A stretch of DNA of 64,000 nucleotides from an uncultured Coxiellaceae bacterium (GTDB taxonomy: Bacteria > Myxococcota_A > Polyangia > Polyangiales > Houyiibacteriaceae), in the NCBI GenBank assembly GCA_964194675.1, contig CAXMND010000064.1, positions 33,809-97,808 of the forward strand, written 5' to 3'. A program made the position numbers and the translations under genes. The notes beneath the pieces are model-generated. The model saw only the letters and a list, made by a program, of their open reading frames with translations. It made no database searches and had not been told where the DNA came from. Positions 13,953 through 21,908 of this stretch are shown here, piece after piece; within the stretch, counting starts at the first letter, position 1; each line of letters starts with the position of its first letter.

Positions 13953-14882
13953 ATGTACGAAGATCTGCTGGTAGGCCGCCTCGGGCGGGCGCTCATAGGG
14001 TTTTGTATTGTGATGCTCGGGGCGGGCTGCGACGTCACGAAGCTTACCGCCGAATCGACGGCCGGGCTCTTCGAGCGTGCAGCCCCGGCGTTCGAAGAAT
14101 ACTGGGACTACGATCTCGCGGGGGAGGCTCTCCCAGCCACCATCGTTCAATTCGAGGGCATACTCCGCGTCGCGCCCGATAGCGACGCGTTGCTAGCTCA
14201 GCTCTCGCAGGCGTACTTCGGCTACGCCTACGGCTGGATCGACGTCGATGTCGAGGCGCTCGAGTTCGAGGGAAAGTACGACGAGGCAGACGCACAAAGG
14301 CGGCGGGCGCGCATCATGTACATGCGCTCCAAGGACCTCACCATGCACCGGATCAGTCTTCTGCATCCCGGTGTCTACGACGCGACCAGAGGGAGTGTGG
14401 AAGAGCTCCAGGCATGGCTCGCGGCGTCGTTCGTCAAAAAGGGCGACGCGTCGTTGCTCCTTTGGGCTGGCCAGGCGTGGGGCGCCTACATCAATACAGC
14501 CAAGGATGACATGGTCGCCGTGGCGGACCTTCCGTACGCCAAGGCCCTCGTAGAACGCTCGATCGAGCTCGACCCCGATTACTACCATGCTGCGGGCTAT
14601 CTCTTCATGGGCGTCGTCACCGCGTCAGAAATGGCGGCCGATCTGGACGCCGCGAAGGCCTATTTCGACAAGGCTTTGGACTCAACGGAGCGGCGAGCCT
14701 TGATGACCCAGGTCAGCATGGCCCGGTACTACGCGGTGCAGACAGGCAATCGCGCTTTGTTCGACGAACTGATCGCCGAAGTTCTCGACGCGGGTGATGT
14801 GCTTCCGGAGGCCCGCTTGGCCAATCGCATGGCAAGAGAGCGCGCCGAACTGTACACCACCTACGCAGACCAACTTTTCTAG
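13953..14882 (+). CDS. TRAP-transporter-associated TPR lipoprotein (TatT family)
   Basis: Lipobox LGAGC. The helical repeat protein reads ...FERAAPAFEEYWDYDLAGEALPATIVQFEGILRVAPD...LLAQLSQAYFGYAYGW... It sits directly upstream of dctPQM. The resemblance to TatT is by eye. Confidence 0.65.
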   Translation: MYEDLLVGRLGRALIGFCIVMLGAGCDVTKLTAESTAGLFERAAPAFEEYWDYDLAGEALPATIVQFEGILRVAPDSDALLAQLSQAYFGYAYGWIDVDVEALEFEGKYDEADAQRRRARIMYMRSKDLTMHRISLLHPGVYDATRGSVEELQAWLAASFVKKGDASLLLWAGQAWGAYINTAKDDMVAVADLPYAKALVERSIELDPDYYHAAGYLFMGVVTASEMAADLDAAKAYFDKALDSTERRALMTQVSMARYYAVQTGNRALFDELIAEVLDAGDVLPEARLANRMARERAELYTTYADQLF

Positions 14883-15034
14883 TGATCTCAGGGTATAAAT
14901 GGGGATTGGCGAAAGACCTAACAGTTTTCGTTGACTCAGAGCCTGATCCTGAGTGAATGTTCGGCTTCCTCGAGCCGTATTAATCGATGGGGTCTGACCC
15001 TACGGGCCCCGTCTCCGGCTCGAGCGAGGCAAAG

Positions 15035-16054
15035 ATGAAGCACAGATTTGCACCAACTCTGGTGGTCCTCGGCCTCGCGCTTCTCGCGTCGGCCGTCCCA
15101 GGAGGGGTTGTCAGATCCGCGGATGCGGAGGGCGCCACCGAGCTTCGGATAGCCACCTTGGCGCCGAGCGGTTCCTCTTGGATGAGGATATTCAACGCGT
15201 GGAACTCGACGCTGCAAAAGGAAACCGACAACACCTTGAAGCTCCGTTTCTACACTGGTGGAAGCCAGGGGGATGAGCGCGACTTCGTCCGGAAGATGCG
15301 TGCTGGCCAGATGGATGGCGCTGCGGTGACCACGACGGGTCTGGGCATGGTGGTCCGGTCGATTTTGGTATTGGCGCTGCCCGACGTGATCACCGAGTAC
15401 GATCAACTCGACCGGGTGCGCGATGAGCTCAACAGTCGATTTGCCGAGATGTTCGACAAGGAAGGCTACAAGCTTCTCGGCTGGGGGGATGTCGGCAAGA
15501 CGCGCATCTTTTCGATGCACAAGTTTGAACGACCTTCCGATCTGAAAAAGCTGCGACCTTGGGCCTGGAAAGACGATCTGATCTTCTCGGAGTTCTTGAA
15601 GGTCGTCGGTGCCAACGGGGTTCGTCTCGGCGTTCCCGAGGTGTACCCCGCGCTTCAGACGAAGATGGTCGATACCGTTCCCGCTTCTGCGCTCGCGGCG
15701 GTTTCGCTCCAGTGGTACACGCGGCTCAAGTACGTCACTGCCGACAACAGTGGCATCATCGTTGGCGCTACCATCATTCGAAAAGACAAGTTCGAGGCCC
15801 TGACGGAGGAGCAGCAAAAGGTTCTCGTCGACACCGGTATCCGCGCCCACAAAGCGCTCAACAAATCGATTCGCCGCGACGACGACAAGTCCTACGACAC
15901 CATTCTGAAGCGAGGGATCACCGCGATCGACACCAGCGCCGCCAAGCCTGAATGGGAAAAGGCCGCCAAACAGGTACGCACCAATCTTACCGGTCGTGTT
16001 TACCCAAAGAGCCTACTCGACGCGGTCGAGAGCGCAGCGGGGAGTAGCCAATGA
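15035..16054 (+). CDS. dctP: TRAP transporter substrate-binding protein (DctP family)
   Basis: I take the start at ATG 15035 (MKHRFAPTLVVLGLALLASA, signal peptide). LRIATLAPSGSSW...YTGGSQGDERDFVRKMRAGQMDGA is typical of DctP-type SBPs. Confidence 0.85.
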   Translation: MKHRFAPTLVVLGLALLASAVPGGVVRSADAEGATELRIATLAPSGSSWMRIFNAWNSTLQKETDNTLKLRFYTGGSQGDERDFVRKMRAGQMDGAAVTTTGLGMVVRSILVLALPDVITEYDQLDRVRDELNSRFAEMFDKEGYKLLGWGDVGKTRIFSMHKFERPSDLKKLRPWAWKDDLIFSEFLKVVGANGVRLGVPEVYPALQTKMVDTVPASALAAVSLQWYTRLKYVTADNSGIIVGATIIRKDKFEALTEEQQKVLVDTGIRAHKALNKSIRRDDDKSYDTILKRGITAIDTSAAKPEWEKAAKQVRTNLTGRVYPKSLLDAVESAAGSSQ

Positions 16055-16746
16055 AACGTATTCGGCGCCTGGATAGAGGGATTGCGCGAGGCGAAGCGGC
16101 GGTAGCCGCGACGGTCCTCCTGCTCATGATCGTAGTCGCGGCCGCGCAGGCCGTCCTTCGCAATCTCACCAATCTCGAATTCGAGTTCGCGAACGCCGCG
16201 CTCGAACGGTTGTCGTGGGCGGACTCTTTCCTCCAGAAGGGCACCTTGTGGCTGGCCTTCTTCGGCGCGTCGCTTTCAACTTTTGATGAAAAGCACATCG
16301 CGATCGATATCCTGCCTAGGCTCTCGCCACCACGGATGCAGCAGCTGCTTCGGGGGATCACTTCGCTGTTTGGGTCTGTGGTGTGTTTCTACTTGGGGCG
16401 CGTGTTCTGGCTTTCGGTTCTCAACAACGCGTTAGAGATTCCGCTGGAGTACGCGATCCTCGGGCCTAACGACGAGATGGTGCACGTCTGTATGGCCCCG
16501 GCTCAGATGCTCGCAGACGCAGGGCTCTCGCGGCCGGACATGTTCTGCGGGATTCGCAGCCTGATCGAGGTGTTCGGGGCGAAGATGTCGACCCCGGATG
16601 TTTCCCTGCAACTGATCGTCCCCGCGATGTTCATGTTCATTTCGTTCCGCTTCCTCTCGCGCGCGGCCGCTGCCAGCATCGCCTTCATCACGAAGAACTA
16701 CCCCGAAAGCCAGGGATTCCCGGGCATCGACGAGGGGGAGGCCTGA
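16051..16746 (+). CDS. dctQ: TRAP transporter small permease (DctQ family)
   Basis: 4-nt overlap with dctP. Four-TM protein whose N-terminus AAVAATVLLLMIVVAAAQAVLRNL is typical of DctQ. It is larger than usual (231 aa). Confidence 0.75.
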   Translation: MKRIRRLDRGIARGEAAVAATVLLLMIVVAAAQAVLRNLTNLEFEFANAALERLSWADSFLQKGTLWLAFFGASLSTFDEKHIAIDILPRLSPPRMQQLLRGITSLFGSVVCFYLGRVFWLSVLNNALEIPLEYAILGPNDEMVHVCMAPAQMLADAGLSRPDMFCGIRSLIEVFGAKMSTPDVSLQLIVPAMFMFISFRFLSRAAAASIAFITKNYPESQGFPGIDEGEA

Positions 16747-16747
16747 G

Positions 16748-18325
16748 ATGGACACTATTTGGATAGTCCTGCTCACAGTGATGGCGATCCTCGGCGCGCC
16801 GCTGTTCACTATCTTCGGCGCTGCGGCGATGCTCCTTTTCCTGGCGCTTCCCGACACCAGCATCACCGGCACCGCCAACGACGTCTTCAGCGAGAAATTC
16901 GCCGACTCGCCGCTCCTGGTCACGATTCCGTTGTTCACTTTCGCCGGCTACCTCATGGCCGAGAGCGGGACGCCTCAACGTCTCGTGAAGGTCTCGCGCG
17001 CGTGGCTCGGATGGATGCCTGGTGGTTTGGCGATGGTGTGCTTGGTCGCGTCCGCTTTCTTCACAACCTTCACCGGCGGCAGCGGCATCACGATCGTTGC
17101 GATCGGCGGTCTTCTCTTTCCGGCGCTTCTGTCCGACAAGTACAACGAGAACTTCTCCCTCGGCCTGGTCACGACCGGCGGTTCGCTAGGGCTCCTGTTC
17201 CCGCCAAGCATCCCGATGATCCTCTACGGCGTCGTCGCCGGCGTCATGATCGAGAAGATCTTCTTGGCCGGCATGATCCCAGGCATCATCGTGGTGGCCG
17301 CCCTCGGCGTCTATAGCGCGATCATCGGCGTCAAGCAGAAGATGCCCCGGACGCCCTTCGCGTGGAAAGAGGCGTTTTCCTCTTTTTGGGAGGCGAAATG
17401 GGAGGCGGCGCTTCCCGTGGGTCTCCTTGGCGGGATGTACAGCGGCTTGCTCCGTATTCACGAGGCTGCGGCCTTTACCGCGATCTACGTCCTCATCATC
17501 GAGGTGTGGGTCTACCGCGACGTGAGCTTCAGGAGGGACCTTCCGCGGATCATCCGAGAAGCGATGACTCTCGTCGGCGCGATCCTGATCATTCTGTCGA
17601 CCGCCATCGGATTTACCGCGTTCCTGATTCAGGCGCGGGTGCCTATGCTGATCCTCGAAAGCATGGAGGCCCTCATCAGTACGCAGCTGATGTTCCTCGT
17701 CGCCCTCAACTTCTTCTTGATCGGCGTCGGGATGTTGATGGACATCTTCTCCGCAATCGTGGTCGTGGTTCCGCTGATCGTTCCGATCGCCTTGAGCTTT
17801 GGCGTTGACCCGTACCATCTCGGTATCATCTTTCTGCTCAACCTCGAGATCGGCTACCTGACCCCGCCAGTCGGCCTGAATCTCTTCATCGCGAGCTTCC
17901 GGTTCAACAAGCCGATCACTCAGCTCTACAGATCCGTCTTGCCCTTCATCGGCCTGCTCGTCATCTGCCTCATCCTCGTCACCTACATTCCGGTCCTCTC
18001 GACCTGGCTCCCGAGCCTCATCGAGGACCAAGGAATCAGCCTCGACGCCCCAGGAGGCGACGAGGACGTGGAGGGTTTCGATCTTGACGCTCTCGAAGAA
18101 GGCGGCGATGAGTTCGATCTCGACGACCTCGAAGAAGACGACGACGACTGGGATCCGTCCGAAGACGATGACGAGTGGGCAGGCGACGACGACGACGACG
18201 ATTGGGATCCCGCCGCCGACGACGACGTGTGGGAAGAAAGGACGCCCAAAGATGCGGGCAAAGAGCCGGACTCGGGGGCGGCCGAAGCCGAAGAGAAGCC
18301 GGAGCCGGACGAGGGCAGTCCCTAG
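16748..18325 (+). CDS. dctM: TRAP transporter large permease (DctM family) with ~100-aa hyper-acidic C-terminal tail
   Basis: Typical DctM body (...LVTIPLFTFAGYLMAESG..., ...GGSGITIVAIGGLLFPAL..., ...YLTPPVGLNLF...). It is followed by DEDVEGFDLDALEEGGDEFDLDDLEEDDDDWDPSEDDDEWAGDDDDDDWDPAADDDVWEE... Confidence 0.9.
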   Translation: MDTIWIVLLTVMAILGAPLFTIFGAAAMLLFLALPDTSITGTANDVFSEKFADSPLLVTIPLFTFAGYLMAESGTPQRLVKVSRAWLGWMPGGLAMVCLVASAFFTTFTGGSGITIVAIGGLLFPALLSDKYNENFSLGLVTTGGSLGLLFPPSIPMILYGVVAGVMIEKIFLAGMIPGIIVVAALGVYSAIIGVKQKMPRTPFAWKEAFSSFWEAKWEAALPVGLLGGMYSGLLRIHEAAAFTAIYVLIIEVWVYRDVSFRRDLPRIIREAMTLVGAILIILSTAIGFTAFLIQARVPMLILESMEALISTQLMFLVALNFFLIGVGMLMDIFSAIVVVVPLIVPIALSFGVDPYHLGIIFLLNLEIGYLTPPVGLNLFIASFRFNKPITQLYRSVLPFIGLLVICLILVTYIPVLSTWLPSLIEDQGISLDAPGGDEDVEGFDLDALEEGGDEFDLDDLEEDDDDWDPSEDDDEWAGDDDDDDWDPAADDDVWEERTPKDAGKEPDSGAAEAEEKPEPDEGSP

Positions 18326-18329
18326 CCGG

Positions 18330-18479
18330 CAGCGGCAGTGACAGCGCCAGCGTCAGTGACACTGACAGTGTCAGCGACAGCGCCAGTGACAGCGGCAGTG
18401 TCAGTGTCGGTGCCAGTGTCGGTGCCAGTGTCGGTGTTTGTGATCGAGCACGAGCACGAGTACGACCACGACCACGACT
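18330..18479. repeat. Composite period-6 array, 25 units in one phase (array 4)
   Basis: There are 19 CAGYGN-type units: CAGCGG CAGTGA CAGCGC CAGCGT CAGTGA CACTGA CAGTGT CAGCGA CAGCGC CAGTGA CAGCGG CAGTGT CAGTGT CGGTGC CAGTGT CGGTGC CAGTGT CGGTGT TTGTGA. Six ACGASC-type units follow: TCGAGC ACGAGC ACGAGT ACGACC ACGACC ACGACT. The array starts 5 nt after the dctM stop. Confidence 0.95.
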
Positions 18480-18502
18480 AGGAGTACGGGGTTGGGGGTC
18501 GC

Positions 18503-19108
18503 TTACTCGGTTTTCTTGCTCACCACGAAGCGTAGGTTTTTGAACTCGGTTTGTCCGAGCGTGTAGATGACCTCGGACAGGGTGCGGTAGGGGGTGCGCT
18601 TGTCGGCTATGATTTGGACGTCGCCGACGAATGGCTGGTTTGTGAAGCGTTGTGCCGTGCGTTTCTTGCGGTCGCGGATGTCGCCGAGGCGCTTGTAGAG
18701 GGGGATGATCAGGAACCCGCTGCTGCCGCCTTGTTTGAGGCTCGGGTCGATGATTCCGTTTCGAAGCTCTAGGACTGACTTCCCGTCGACGACCACTTCG
18801 CTCCGCGAAATCTGCAAGGAGAGCGCATCGCTGAGCTCGACTTTGGATGTCGAGTAAGGGATCCGGAGCTCGCTGCTCTCTTGGACGGCGGCCACCGAGG
18901 AGGTGGCGAACATCGCCATCATGTAGACGAGCAAGATCGTCAGCATGTCCATCATCGGATAGATGTTCAGCCCAAAGTGCTCAGGCTCAGGCCTGCGACG
19001 GAGCTTGGCCCTGACGACCCGGTTCACATAGGCCATCGAGACGGGCTTGTCCTCGATCGGTGGCGCCAGCGAGTTTTGCGCAGGTCGATCGCTCTCGTTC
19101 GTCGTCAT
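18503..19108 (-). CDS. ExbD/TolR-family biopolymer transport protein
   Basis: Single N-terminal TM with the conserved Asp (GLNIYPMMDMLTILLVYMM), plus a periplasmic ExbD-like domain. Confidence 0.85.
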   Translation of the reverse strand: MTTNESDRPAQNSLAPPIEDKPVSMAYVNRVVRAKLRRRPEPEHFGLNIYPMMDMLTILLVYMMAMFATSSVAAVQESSELRIPYSTSKVELSDALSLQISRSEVVVDGKSVLELRNGIIDPSLKQGGSSGFLIIPLYKRLGDIRDRKKRTAQRFTNQPFVGDVQIIADKRTPYRTLSEVIYTLGQTEFKNLRFVVSKKTE

Positions 19109-19665
19109 CGAATCCCCGCAGAGAGCAAGACATCGGGGAACAGCGGCTCGCCCTCATCGCCGCGCACAGCGTCCATCGCTGCTACCAGGTGCTCATAGGG
19201 CACCTCCGGGTCAGCGCTGAGGGTGACACGCGTCTCATCCTCGAACTGCTGCTTCACCCGGGATACGCAGTTCGTCAAGCCTATCCAATCGTGCTCACCG
19301 TTCATCCTGGCCGGCACGGTCAGCACCTTGCCGGGCGCAGTGGTTGCGCATCCGCGCGCGAGCTTTCCGCCCGAGCCGGACACGATGACACCGGCGCGAG
19401 TGATTGTGACATTGAGGTTCAAGGCCTCGTTCTGAGCAGCTCGGCTCCCGATGCTGCCCTTGCGGTATTGAGGGAGGGCAGCCTCGACCTGCGAGAAGAA
19501 CGCGACCGTCGCCAAGGTCATCAGCAAGAACATGACGATGTTCACGACGATGTCCAAGAACGGGACGATATTCAGCTCCTCGCTGAGCTCGGACGGATCC
19601 AGGTCAGGGATGTGGACGCGCTTCCGAATGTAGGCTCTTTGGCGTGGCGTGAGTCGTGCGGGCAT
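19105..19665 (-). CDS. ExbD/TolR-family biopolymer transport protein
   Basis: ELNIVPFLDIVVNIVMFLLM contains the conserved TM Asp. 4-nt overlap with the downstream exbD paralog. Confidence 0.85.
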   Translation of the reverse strand: MPARLTPRQRAYIRKRVHIPDLDPSELSEELNIVPFLDIVVNIVMFLLMTLATVAFFSQVEAALPQYRKGSIGSRAAQNEALNLNVTITRAGVIVSGSGGKLARGCATTAPGKVLTVPARMNGEHDWIGLTNCVSRVKQQFEDETRVTLSADPEVPYEHLVAAMDAVRGDEGEPLFPDVLLSAGIR

Positions 19666-19677
19666 CCCGAGCCCCGA

Positions 19678-20310
19678 TCAGCCGCCTTGCCGACGCAGTG
19701 TGAGGAGGTTCTCGAGCTGCATCGTGACCTTTTCCATCTCATGCTTGTGCCGCTTGGTGAGGCCGTGGAGCACGAGGTGAGCGATCATGAAGATCACCGC
19801 GATCAGCAGACCGAGAAAGGTGTTCCACATTGCCTCGGCGATACCTGCGGAGAGCATGGCGGTCTTTTGCGAGGGGTCGTCGATCGTACCTACCGCCTTG
19901 AATGCGCGAATCAAACCGCTGATCGTGCCGAGCAGGCCGATCAGTGTGGCGATATTCGCGAGGGTCCAAAGTGAGCCAGTGCGCTTCTCGAGCGCAGGGA
20001 TCACCTCGGACATTTTTTCTTCCATCGAAGCGATGACAGCTTCTTCACCGCGGTTGACCTGTGTAAGCCCGGACTTGACGACCTCGAGCAACGGTACGGC
20101 TTTGGCGTCGCACTGACGAATCGCGCGGTCAATGTTTCCGGCCTGCACCAGCTTGCGAATTCGATTCATGAATTCGGGTGCATCGACGCTGTAATTCATC
20201 CGGATGTACCAAGCGCGGTCGATGATGACGCCCACGCCAAAAGCCAAAACACCGAGATTGATGAACGAAAACGGAGCACCCTCGCGTAGTGCCTCCCAGA
20301 TTTCATGCAT
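19678..20310 (-). CDS. MotA/TolQ/ExbB proton-channel protein
   Basis: Three-TM layout. ...LANIATLIGLLGTISGLIRAF...LSAGIAEAMWNTFLGLLIAV... is typical of ExbB/TolQ. Confidence 0.88.
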   Translation of the reverse strand: MHEIWEALREGAPFSFINLGVLAFGVGVIIDRAWYIRMNYSVDAPEFMNRIRKLVQAGNIDRAIRQCDAKAVPLLEVVKSGLTQVNRGEEAVIASMEEKMSEVIPALEKRTGSLWTLANIATLIGLLGTISGLIRAFKAVGTIDDPSQKTAMLSAGIAEAMWNTFLGLLIAVIFMIAHLVLHGLTKRHKHEMEKVTMQLENLLTLRRQGG

Positions 20311-20561
20311 TCTTGCGGCTCCCTCCAGCTCGCCCTGATCTCGGCGAGTTACCCCTGTTTTCGCTCCCCTTCAGTCGTGCTGGAACCCGGCCCGGGGGCT
20401 GGAATCCGTTGAAATCATTACGACTGTCGGGGCAAACCCCTTGTCGAGGGGGACGCTACCGCACGCCCCGCGGCGTTGTCAACGCGACTACAGCTTTTTC
20501 CGTTCTTCTCACCCAAGCTCCCGGCTCGAGAGGTTTCTAAGGAGTTGAATCAGGCACGATA

Positions 20562-20589
20562 TTGACTTGCTGGATCCAACCGTTATCAT
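20562..20589 (+). promoter_or_regulatory. Candidate sigma70-type promoter for the + strand exbB cluster
   Basis: TTGACT (20562-20567), a 16-nt spacer, then TATCAT (20584-20589). It lies within the only clearly AT-richer stretch of the 425-nt divergent intergenic region. Confidence 0.35.
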
Positions 20590-20597
20590 CCCTATAT

Positions 20598-20624
20598 AGT
20601 AAGCAAACCGTGGGAATGCTTACT
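20598..20624 (+). promoter_or_regulatory. Perfect 8-bp inverted repeat at the predicted 5' end of the exbB leader (operator or 5' stem-loop)
   Basis: AGTAAGCA (20598-20605), 11 nt, then TGCTTACT (20617-20624). It begins ~9 nt after the candidate -10 element. Confidence 0.4.
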
Positions 20625-20735
20625 GTTCTGGGGGGAACAGCGAGTTTTAATCAGAAGACAGTGGTGGGGATTGCACCGTACTCACTCGGGGTCCGGATAA
20701 CACTGTCAAAGTAAAGTTCGCAGGAAGCAGGAAAA

Positions 20736-21386
20736 ATGGCCAAGTTGGCGTATCACTTTGAAGCAGGCGGATGGGCGATGTGGCTGATCCTCATTTGTCT
20801 CGTGGTTGCGATCGGCTTCACCGTCGAGCGCGCGATGTATCTCTACAAGTCGTCGATCGATAAGGACGAGTTCATCGCCAAGATGCAGAAGTGCATCACC
20901 GCAGGAGACGTGGCGGGTGCGATCAAGGTTTGCTCGGCAGAGCACAACCCGCTCGCTCGCATCGTCAAGCAGGGTTTGCTCAAGGTGAACCGGCCCGACG
21001 AGGAGGTCCAAGCGGCCATGGATGAAGCTGCGCTCAAAGAGCTTCCACAGATCGAGCGTCGCACGCCGTACCTCGGTCTGCTCGCGAACGTCGGCATGCT
21101 CTTTGGTCTCTTCGGGACGGTTGTCGGTCTGATCACCGCGTTCGGCGAGGTGGCCAAGGCCGATGCTGCGAGTAAGGCGACCGGTCTTGCGAAGGGCATC
21201 GAGGAAGCGATGAACTGCACCGCGTTTGGTCTCATCACCGCGGTCTTCGCGCTGCTGATGATGGGCATCTTGAACGGTAAGACGCAGAAGATCATCGATG
21301 ACATCAATGCGGCCACCGTCCAGGTCTTGAACCTGGTCGTCGGAAACCGCTCCAAGGTCGACCTTCAGAACATGCCGGCCGAGTAA
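20736..21386 (+). CDS. MotA/TolQ/ExbB proton-channel protein
   Basis: ...LANVGMLFGLFGTVVGLITAF...LAKGIEEAMNCTAFGLITAV... has the same architecture as the divergent paralog. AGGAA lies 5 nt before the ATG. Confidence 0.88.
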   Translation: MAKLAYHFEAGGWAMWLILICLVVAIGFTVERAMYLYKSSIDKDEFIAKMQKCITAGDVAGAIKVCSAEHNPLARIVKQGLLKVNRPDEEVQAAMDEAALKELPQIERRTPYLGLLANVGMLFGLFGTVVGLITAFGEVAKADAASKATGLAKGIEEAMNCTAFGLITAVFALLMMGILNGKTQKIIDDINAATVQVLNLVVGNRSKVDLQNMPAE

Positions 21387-21404
21387 CGGCGAGAGGGCGT
21401 TCAA

Positions 21405-21896
21405 GTGGCATCGTTCGAAACAGGCGGAAGTAGCCCGGGAAAGAAAGCGGTCAATCAGGAAATCCCCCTGATTCCGTTCATCGACCTACTGCTCTGCTGC
21501 GTGATGTTCTTGTTGGCGACCGCGGTCTGGAACCAACTCGCCGCCGTGAACGCCAATCAGCAAGTTCCGGGGCAGGCCTCGACCGAGGATGCACCACCTG
21601 AAGACGAGAAAGTGAAGCTCATCCTACAGGTTCGGAACTCCGGCTACGTGCTGGGGTCCTCGGCCGGGGAAAGCATCGATATCAAGAAGCGGGTCGTGGC
21701 TGACCAGCGCGAATTCGATGTCGACGAGCTCGAGACCAAGCTTGCTCAGTGGAAGCAGGCTTGGGACAAGCGCGAAGATCTGATCGTCGCGCCCGAGGAC
21801 GGCGTCCGATACGAGGATGTCATCGTTGCAATGGATGTCGCGTCTGCGGCCGGGTTCACGACCCTGTCGATGGCGGACGGAGCTGCGTTCCTGTAG
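21405..21896 (+). CDS. ExbD/TolR-family biopolymer transport protein
   Basis: GTG start. EIPLIPFIDLLLCCVMFLL contains the conserved TM Asp. Confidence 0.85.
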   Translation: MASFETGGSSPGKKAVNQEIPLIPFIDLLLCCVMFLLATAVWNQLAAVNANQQVPGQASTEDAPPEDEKVKLILQVRNSGYVLGSSAGESIDIKKRVVADQREFDVDELETKLAQWKQAWDKREDLIVAPEDGVRYEDVIVAMDVASAAGFTTLSMADGAAFL

Positions 21897-21908
21897 GGGG
21901 AAACACGC

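Noticed and set aside
14936-15850. 304-aa minus-strand ORF
   Set aside because: It is antisense to dctP and is a shadow ORF.
18354-18371. CACTG/CAGTG heptamer-like motifs reminiscent of recombination signal sequences
   Set aside because: They follow automatically from CAGTGA/CACTGA hexamer units. There is no nonamer partner and no recombinase, so this is coincidence.
3246-18479. The tandem arrays as CRISPR arrays
   Set aside because: The period is 6 nt, there are no unique spacers, and no cas genes occur in the window. These are microsatellite-like arrays.
18175-18543. 122-aa ORF with SGSDSASVSDTDSVSD repeats
   Set aside because: It is an alternative frame of the dctM tail followed by array 4 and part of the antisense exbD. 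It is not a gene.
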